7,187 nt of DNA from Octopus sinensis (taxonomy: Eukaryota): NCBI RefSeq assembly GCF_006345805.1, contig NW_021828963.1, positions 1-7,187 of the forward strand. The letters are read 5' to 3'. Every line of letters begins with the position of its first letter. Positions within the stretch are counted from its first letter, which is position 1. Positions 1 through 6,402 of this stretch are shown here, piece after piece. A program made the position numbers and the translations under genes. The notes beneath the pieces were generated by a model. It had not been told where the DNA came from, did no database searches, and was given only the letters and a program-made list of their open reading frames with translations.

Positions 1-24
1 TGCAGAGGAAAAATTTATTATCTT

Positions 25-129
25 TAAGCAAGAATGTTATTGACAGTGAATGCGAAGTTTCGGCCAAAAAAGCCATCGTCCGACGATTGCTTAACTTCAA
101 AGTCACTGTCAACGGTATTCTTTTCTTAG
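25..129 (-). ncRNA. Candidate (probably inactivated) type III hammerhead ribozyme-like fold inside a long imperfect hairpin
   Basis: Minus strand reads UUGACAGUGA-CUU-UGAAGU-U-AAGCAAUCGU-CGGACGA-U-GGCU-UUUUU-GGCC-GAA-ACUUCG-CAU-UCACUGUCAA. Stem III is UGAAGU/ACUUCG, extended by a perfect 10-bp helix (40-49 with 103-112) and a 6-bp helix (30-35 with 117-122). Stem II is GGCU/GGCC. The GAAA core is intact, CUGANGA is present as CGGACGA, and the NUH triplet is GUU. Folded by eye only. Confidence 0.5.
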
Positions 130-132
130 AAT

Positions 133-141
133 TATATATAT

Positions 142-200
<59 letters not shown>
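133..200. repeat. (TA)n microsatellite with one AA interruption
   Basis: Direct reading; interruption at 152-153. Confidence 0.98.
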
Positions 201-203
<3 letters not shown>

Positions 204-214
204 AGCAGATGAAT

Positions 215-238
215 GAATTATCCTACTATGGATAATTC
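215..238. repeat. Short perfect inverted repeat (9-bp arms, 6-nt loop)
   Basis: GAATTATCC (215-223), loop TACTAT, GGATAATTC (230-238). Confidence 0.9.
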
Positions 239-356
239 TGTTAATCGATACCTGGGTAGCAAATTGACTTCAGTAAAACACGGTTGAAGTTACATGCCAA
301 GGGCCGAACCCCGTGTTCGTGTTGGAAATTTGTGTGTGTGGTTTTTATATGAATAA

Positions 357-450
357 ATGAAAAGAATGGAGTCGAACGAAGATTTTATCAAAATTCCTTT
401 ACTGACGAAAGTAAAGGAATTTTGATAAAATCTTCGTTCGACTCCATTCT

Positions 451-456
<6 letters not shown>
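357..456. repeat. Perfect long palindrome (47-bp arms, 6-nt loop GACGAA)
   Basis: 357-403 ATGAAAAGAATGGAGTCGAACGAAGATTTTATCAAAATTCCTTTACT is the exact reverse complement of 410-456. Confidence 0.97.

Positions 457-536
<80 letters not shown>
455..536. repeat. (TA)n microsatellite with one AA interruption
   Basis: Direct reading; interruption at 491-492. Confidence 0.98.
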
Positions 537-539
<3 letters not shown>

Positions 540-680
540 GGCATCCGGCCGTAGAAAGCAGGCGAAAGGAAACGTACAAACACCAGTCTTGGAGGTGGGC
601 GTGGGCAGAGAGACTCGCAATATGAGGCAACTCATGGCGAGTTTTCCAACTCATGTCAACACAGATGGAAAAATGACCGT
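537..680 (+). mobile_element. 5'-truncated, diverged SINE fragment (central domain plus 3' tail), octopus-type
   Basis: AAGGGCATCCGGCCGTAGAAA (537-557) and TCCAACTCATGTCAACACAGATGGAAAAATGACCGT (645-680) resemble the body and tail of an abundant octopus SINE as I recall it (aagggcatccagccgtagaaa ... tccaacccatgccagcatggaaaacggacgt). Recall only, no search run. Confidence 0.6.
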
Positions 681-900
681 GTGTGTGTGTGTGTGTATTA
701 TGTGTGCATGTATGTGTGTATCTGTGCATGTGTGTATATGTATGTATGTATGTATATATGTATGTATGTATTATGTGTGAGTGTGTATGTATGTACGTAT
801 GTGTGTATGTGTGTATGTATCTGTGTATGTATGCATATGTGTGTGTATGCATGTATGTTTGTATGTGTGTGTGTGCGCGTGTGCGTGCGTGTATGTATGT
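679..900. repeat. Compound (TG)n/(TATG)n/(TGCG)n microsatellite
   Basis: Direct reading; it generates the spurious MCVC/HTHT ORFs. Confidence 0.97.
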
Positions 901-969
901 TTCATTAAGTATACGACTGTGTTAAAATCTTTTCTTATTTTAGGATTTTGCCTTTAGTTAGATAATCAA

Positions 970-1023
970 GAAGAGGAGATAAGAGAGAAGGAGAGAGAGA
1001 GAGAAAAACGAAGAGTGAGGGAG
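970..1023. repeat. Purine-rich (GA)n low-complexity tract
   Basis: GAAGAGGAGATAAGAGAGAAGGAGAGAGAGAGAGAAAAACGAAGAGTGAGGGAG. Confidence 0.9.
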
Positions 1024-1028
1024 ATTAA

Positions 1029-1140
1029 ATACATCCATACACATACATATACATATATATGTATATACACACACATAAATATAAATGCATGTATATACTT
1101 ATATGTACTCACATCTATGAATGTATGAACACACACACAT
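1029..1140. repeat. Degenerate (TACA)n/(TA)n/(CA)n microsatellite
   Basis: Direct reading. Confidence 0.9.
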
Positions 1141-1759
1141 TAACTTTTACAGTTAGGAACAATAAAATTCCCGAAATCAAATTCAACGTTTCCAGACCTT
1201 CACAGTCTCTTTTTCAGGAATGCCGTATTCTTGACATCGATGTTGCTTCTAATGTAGAATTTCCAGCCAATGGTTTTTTGACCGTTAGCCTCATATGTCA
1301 CCAGTCACGTGTTGATGTGTTTGTTGCAGTCAAAATTTTGACCGTTAGGCTTTTTTGTCAGTGGCCTCATGTGAATTCTTTTGAAGCATGTGTTGTTAGT
1401 GTGTTCATTTTGGCGTTGTATTGTGATACAATTATGGCTTGACCACAGCGAACAGTGACCACGTTGCCCTTCATGCATGATGTTAACATTTAAAGAACCC
1501 TTTGGTGCAAATGTCAACACGAACTCAACCCGTAAATAAGAAACAACGCAAGCACAAAATATATTTAATTCAATTCCTGATAATGAGGCTATGAAAGTCT
1601 AGAAATGTTAGAAATGGATTTAGGAACTTTATTGTTCCAAACTGACTCTAAAAACATCAAATTAAATACAAAAATATAAGAAATAAAAGATAAACCTTGA
1701 ACACAGTCGTGTATTTAATGAGACATAAATAAATGAAAAGCTGCTCCGTAAATATACGA

Positions 1760-1799
1760 ACACACACGCGCGCGCGCGCGCACACACACACATGCACAT
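1760..1799. repeat. (CA)3(CG)7(CA)6 compound microsatellite; 40 bp of uninterrupted purine-pyrimidine alternation
   Basis: CACACA-CGCGCGCGCGCGCG (1767-1780)-CACACACACACA-TGCACAT. Confidence 0.95.
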
Positions 1800-2107
1800 C
1801 GTTCATTGTGTTATATGGTGATTGCCATATTTTAAGCCGGCTGATATTGTTTCATGTTTCGTTTATTGCTCTGAGAAATATTTTCATAATTAAATTACTG
1901 AAATTAATTTACGGAAACTAGAATAAGGAATATTGATCGTTTGTAACTTTGAGAACGAGCGAAGAATTAGAATAAATGGTAAACTGAATATTTTAACAAT
2001 CTATAATTTCAACCAATTTTACTCGGAATTCAAGCCGCACTAATGTTAACTTTGATCTTGATCACAATTACTGGCTTCGCAGTTTCTTCGACTAACAATA
2101 CCTGCTA

Positions 2108-2128
2108 CAACAACAACAACAACAACAA
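2108..2128. repeat. (CAA)7 microsatellite
   Basis: Direct reading. Confidence 0.95.
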
Positions 2129-2311
2129 CCTAATGTGAAAAACGATGTTTACAGATACACACCATGGTGCTAATTGAAAGAAAACAAGACATCAATTAAA
2201 CGAAGAAATCATTACCACCAATCGCTGCATTAATGGCCTTGTAAAATATGGCAACTTTTTTCTATCACACCATCTATAAAGATTCAGGATGCGGGAGAAG
2301 CTCCTGGTACA

Positions 2312-2851
2312 TTTTGCTTATCTCACCCCCATTAAAATTTCGGTTATCTCCCCATGTTTTACGAGAACTATTGATACTTTTGGTTATGCCCCTCAACTAA
2401 AGAAAAATTATCTCACCCTCAATAAACCAAAAAAATGAATAGTGAAGCATTGTTTTGGTTATCTCACCCCCATTAAAAAATTGCCATTAAAAATTGGGTT
2501 ATATCCGCACTTAAAAGCTGAGTTTATGTGGTGACAAGAGATTGGATTAAAAGAGTTGGATCCTTTTGGTTCAGTTTTCCAACACATTGTCGACGTTTGG
2601 CCTCCTCAGTAGAAAGGATATGATTTAGTATTAGATTCACTAAAATGTCTAATTTTTTTCAGTTTTGTAGGATTTATTATAAAAATGTTATCAGATTCAA
2701 AAAGATATTTAATCTTTTCACTTTTCACGTTTATTCATTTTTCATTTTTTTTTGTTTTATTGAGGATTAAACAATTTTTTTCAGTTGGGGGAGGTAACCC
2801 AATTTTTTAAGGGGGTGAGATAATTTTTTAATGGGGGTGAGATAACCAAAA
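2312..2851. mobile_element. Foldback/MITE-like non-autonomous DNA element with modular inverted termini
   Basis: Perfect 30-bp inverted repeat: TTTTGGTTATCTCACCCCCATTAAAAAATT (2453-2482) and its reverse complement at 2822-2851. A near-identical extra left copy lies at 2312-2339. Six plus-strand and three minus-strand copies of a (GG)TTATCTC(A)CCCC-type motif. No coding capacity; no TSD identified. Confidence 0.6.
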
Positions 2852-3908
2852 AATACAAAGCCCCTTTTAGATTGTTGATAAACTTTGCAACAATGAAACT
2901 TTCAAATGGCCACTGGTCCGAACTTAAAGCAAAAGATTAACCGCATGAGACCACCATTATCATTTGTCTGGCGTCACATCACTGTGGCGTGTAAAATACA
3001 AAAGTTTCTTTTTTTCTGTCGCGCCTTGTAACATGTATATATCTGTATATGTATATGTGTGTATATGGATAATAAATCTCTGTAACAGAAAGCAACGAAA
3101 GGTTTCCTTAATCCATTGCGGTTCGGCATACAAATGCGTTCGCAACATCCAATGCTAAGTTCTAGATAACTGAAATGGTGAAACGGACGCAGGAACTAAG
3201 CATTTACATTGGTGTTTATCTTAATTTTCCTTCCATACGCTCTGTATGCCATAATTAGTAAGACTGCTAACCACTATACTGAAAGCCGACTAAATAATAA
3301 TAGTCTACGTGAAACTCTAACTCATACAGTAGGAGTCATACGTCTAACTCTACACACAAGATGTCTATATGCAAATATGAAGAAACGACCGTTGTAACAT
3401 CCGGACGTTATATCAGAATATACCATTAAAAGAGAAATAGCTTTTATTACACTCCGGGTGAATTGTTTAGAGTTTGTGACAAAGTTGTTGCAGATATTTC
3501 ACAGTCGAATATTGTAAAGATGTTTAGATGGCCTTTTTTACAAACGCCCACACAAACGGTCGACATGTGCAGCTCTTGTTATCACTTCAAGCTAAAAGCG
3601 TTAGACATTTTTATTTCATTTGTTCAATGTTGTCCAATGTATTTATAGAAATGTTAAGTGTTAAAGTGAAGTAAATTATGCATGAAGATATGAAGAAATA
3701 AGCTGAGTGGTGAAATGAAGAATGGCGAATTAAACAAAGATTCTAAATACGGCTTGACGGTTAATTCCGAATTGAAGATTTCGAATTAGTGCGTCTAAAA
3801 TGTTGTTTATCTCGTAAGAAACACGACCAAATGGGGAGATATTGCTGGAACTAAATATGGCCGTTAGAAAGAAGGAAATATTTCAGAATTTTATGTTGAA
3901 TTTACGTC

Positions 3909-4060
3909 GTGTGTGTGTGTGTGTGTGTATGTGTGTGCGTGTATGTGTGTGTATGTGTGTGCGTGTGTGTGTGTGTGTATGCGTGTTTGTGTATGGGTGC
4001 CTGTGTGTGCATGTGTATATGTGTATGTGTGCCTCTGTGTGTGATTGTTGTGTGTGTGTG
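3909..4060. repeat. Compound (TG)n/(TATG)/(TGCG) microsatellite
   Basis: Direct reading. Confidence 0.95.
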
Positions 4061-4130
4061 TTGAAAAGTGAGTTGCAATACTTTGGGAGAAACGTGGCGA
4101 GAAGAACGTGTTTGCTTCTGAGACTGAGTG

Positions 4131-4286
4131 TTATTATTATCTATTTCTTTACTGCCCACGGGGGCTAAACATATAGGGGACTAACAAGGACAGACAAACG
4201 GACTAAGTCGATTACATCGATCCCAGTGCATAACTGGTACTTATTTAAAAGGCAGGCGAAATACCGCTAAGCATTTCGCTCGGCGT
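4131..4286 (-). mobile_element. tRNA-derived octopus-type SINE; head-truncated, internally deleted, (ATA)n tail
   Basis: Minus strand ACGCCGAGCGAAATGCTTAGCGGTATTTCGCCTGCC...AAATAAGTACCAGTTATGCACTGGGATCGATGTAATCGACTTAGTCCGTTTGTCTGTCCTTG...GGGCAGTAAAGAAATAG-ATAATAATAA matches my recollection of a very abundant octopus SINE. Within the window it shares 15/16 nt (4231-4246) with the opposite-strand copy (4424-4439). No B-box is visible in this copy. Confidence 0.75.
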
Positions 4287-4295
4287 ATCCTTCCG

Positions 4296-4520
4296 GTAGG
4301 ATGGCAGCAGGATCGTTGAGGTCTCAGAAAAAATTTTTCGTGCTAATTGTTCCGACCCTTTACGTTCTGACTTCAAACCCTGACCCCTATATCAATTTTG
4401 CTTTTTTCCTACCAGGAAAAACGAAATAAATACCAGTTACAAATTCTAGTCGTCACACTCGACTGTTCTCTTTTCCCTACAATTTTCAGACCGTCTGCCG
4501 ACGTTAGAATCAATGATTAC
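4296..4520 (+). mobile_element. Older, diverged tRNA-derived SINE of the same superfamily
   Basis: A-box-like TGGCAGCAGGATCG (4302-4315), B-box-like TTCTGACTTCAAACCC (4365-4380; 16/20 identity over 4365-4384 with the minus-strand fragment at 6223-6242), and AAATAAATACCAGTTA (4424-4439) shared with the neighbouring inverted copy. Confidence 0.6.
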
Positions 4521-4957
4521 GTATTATATGCGTGTATGTATATAGGTATATGACTGTGTGTTTATGTATACGTATGTAAGTATATGTATGGATATTGTCG
4601 ATAAGAATTTGTTTCAAGAGGAAGCGAAGCGAAATTGGTATAATCAAGCATCAATTATTATTGTTATTTGTTTTGTTATCGTAGTCGTCATCGACGCTGT
4701 AGAATGGAGAAAGTTTATCCAGTAAATGAAGAATGTAAGATAAAGAGATGTGAGAAACGGTAAACTGTTTCCACAGTTCCATCTCTGGTTAAAGAAGTGG
4801 TATGGCCCGGGTGGAGAAACGGGTAGGCAGGAACTAGTATCACTAATGGAAATATTTTGGAGAGAAATATATATAATGATATATATATATATATATAATA
4901 GTTATCTACATGAATGCATGGTGTTTTATGATGTTAGGGAGGGTGCTAGTGGATGGA

Positions 4958-5028
<71 letters not shown>

Positions 5029-5137
5029 CGACGACGATGATGATGATGATGATGATGATGATGACGACGATGATGATGATGATGACGGTGATGATGATGA
5101 TGATGATGACGATGATGACGATGATGATGATGATGAT
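4958..5137 (+). repeat. Compound (GAC)n/(GAT)n trinucleotide repeat, 60 triplets
   Basis: (GAC)12(GAT)11(GAC)3(GAT)9(GAC)2(GAT)5 GAC GGT (GAT)6 GAC (GAT)2 GAC (GAT)6, counted from the sequence. Confidence 0.98.
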
Positions 5138-5233
5138 GAAAGCCGAACCAACAAAGGTTTAATAAGTACAGAGGAACAATCTAGTCTAGAGTTAATGTAG
5201 AGTGAGTGTGGTGTTTGCATGTGTGTTTTGTGT

Positions 5234-5402
5234 GTATATATATATATAGATATAGATATATATAATTATATATATATATAATAATATATATATATATATA
5301 TATAATATATATATATATATAATATATTATATGTATATGTATAATATATATGTATATATACATATATATACATATATATATATACATATATATATACATA
5401 CA

Positions 5403-5436
<34 letters not shown>

Positions 5437-5477
5437 CTATATAATATATATATATATATATATATATCTATATATAT
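5234..5477. repeat. Long degenerate (TA)n microsatellite
   Basis: Direct reading. Confidence 0.97.
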
Positions 5478-5516
5478 CGGTTTCGCACAGGAATTAGCTA
5501 ATTGGGTGTATGTATG

Positions 5517-5627
5517 TCATTATTCAGTTTTATTCCAAGATTTCTTGCCAATAGAGACAGAGAGGGTTTCTGACCTAGATCCAAGATCCTTCATTGGAAT
5601 TTCAACATCACCAACAGAGTATTTTTT
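5517..5627. mobile_element. Suspected interspersed-repeat fragment, family not assigned
   Basis: TCATTATTCAGTTTTATTCCAAGATTTCTTGCCAATAGAG...GGAATTTCAACATCACCAACAGAGTATTTTT resembles a recurrent octopus repeat from memory only. Confidence 0.3.
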
Positions 5628-5653
5628 GTTTGTATGTATTTATGTATTTACAA

Positions 5654-5756
5654 TATAATATAATATGATATATATATATACTATATATATATATTAATAT
5701 ATATATATATAATATATATACATACATACATACATACATACATACATACATACATA
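5654..5756. repeat. (TA)n-rich tract followed by (CATA)9
   Basis: (CATA)9 at 5721-5756. Confidence 0.95.
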
Positions 5757-5798
5757 CCTACATCACATAGTGAGAATTTACAAAAAAAAAACAAAAAC

Positions 5799-6030
5799 GA
5801 AGACGGGTGTATAAACAACACAACAAACAAATGTATTAGTTTAACTCTCAGGAAGTGAGAAAGTCTTTTACGTTTTGACCCTACGCTTTTCGGCAGAAAG
5901 GAACCCAGAAATAAACAGGGAGAGAACATAGAAAAAGGTTTAGTGGCTAGCGATCTATCATGGCGAATGCCGGACAGAGAGGTCACACAGGGGAGCTAGG
6001 AAGAAGGGGAGATAATAAAGTAGTGGTGAT
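5799..6030 (-). mobile_element. Probable Penelope-like element terminal (pLTR/UTR) fragment carrying a decayed minimal hammerhead
   Basis: The sequence resembles a recurrent octopus repeat from memory. Minus strand 5900-5865 reads CTTT-CTGCCGA-A-AAGC-GTAG-GGTC-AAAAC-GTA-AAAG, the layout of a minimal type I hammerhead, a known hallmark of Penelope-like element termini. Confidence 0.45.
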
Positions 6031-6222
6031 ATATTGTGAAGGAATGAAACAGAGAGCAGGCTGCAGATGTTAGACAAAAGATTTAATACTATGTATTATA
6101 AAATTATTAAACAAGAACAGAGTTTGGTGACAGGGCACAATCGATTAAATCCAATATTGAACTCTCGCATATTTTATCCATTTCAGAACGAGTGAAATAT
6201 GAATATATATATATATAACACT

Positions 6223-6242
6223 GGCGGGATTTGAACTCAGAA
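6223..6242 (-). mobile_element. Small SINE head fragment with an intact Pol III B-box
   Basis: Minus strand TTCTGAGTTCAAATCCCGCC contains GTTCAAATC (6228-6236), matching GTTCRANNC; homologous to 4365-4384. Confidence 0.55.
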
Positions 6243-6258
6243 AATAAATGTGAAGGCT

Positions 6259-6302
6259 AAAAACAAAACAAAAAAAACAAAAAAAAAACAAAGAACAAAA
6301 AA
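6259..6302. repeat. A-rich (AnC) low-complexity tract
   Basis: Direct reading. Confidence 0.9.
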
Positions 6303-6340
6303 CATTTATTTTGCCAGCCATCGGTCTAATTTTAGAACAT

Positions 6341-6367
6341 AACAACAACAACAACAACAACAACAAC
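6341..6367. repeat. (AAC)9 microsatellite
   Basis: Direct reading; source of the poly-N and poly-L ORFs. Confidence 0.96.
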
Positions 6368-6402
6368 ATAAACAACCATAACAATAGTTTCATACAGTTT
6401 CA

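Noticed and set aside
290-925. ORFs with YIYI, HTHT and CVCV runs (290-583, 388-852, 422-625, 453-635, 589-780, 681-908, 683-925)
   Set aside because: They are translations of (TA)n, (TG)n and (TATG)n tracts, which lack stop codons; no domain-like sequence.
1059-1442. 127-aa plus-strand ORF
   Set aside because: It starts in a microsatellite and the rest has no recognisable motif; it looks like the antisense shadow of the minus-strand coding-like segment.
1572-1615. Hammerhead-like string ATTC-CTGATAATGA-GGCT-ATGAA-AGTC-TA-GAAATGTTA-GAAAT
   Set aside because: It needs a 3-nt deletion in the core, removal of two extra bases and repair of stem III; too many edits to distinguish from chance in AT-rich DNA.
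2590-2617. Minus-strand CTGAGGA-GGCC-AAACGTC as a standalone hammerhead
   Set aside because: Stem II has no loop, G12 is missing and stem I flanks do not pair; kept only as part of the low-confidence motif-recurrence finding.
2960-3648. Short ORFs 2960-3148, 2964-3158, 3209-3397 and 3463-3648
   Set aside because: They are 61-64 aa, some with non-ATG starts, with no recognisable family and no convincing splice context; expected by chance.
3842-4168. ORFs 3842-4168 and 3902-4159
   Set aside because: Dominated by the (TG)n tract and ending in a SINE tail.
4131-4520. Genuine tRNA gene
   Set aside because: The A/B-box-like motifs and the GCGAAAT/ATTTCGC hairpin belong to tRNA-derived SINE heads; there is no complete cloverleaf or acceptor stem.
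4750-5220. Poly-Arg, poly-Thr/Met and poly-Ser ORFs
   Set aside because: They are alternative frames and strand of the same GAC/GAT repeat.
5181-5986. ORFs 5181-5399, 5350-5658 and 5681-5986
   Set aside because: Largely (TA)n/(CATA)n translations plus non-coding repeat fragments.
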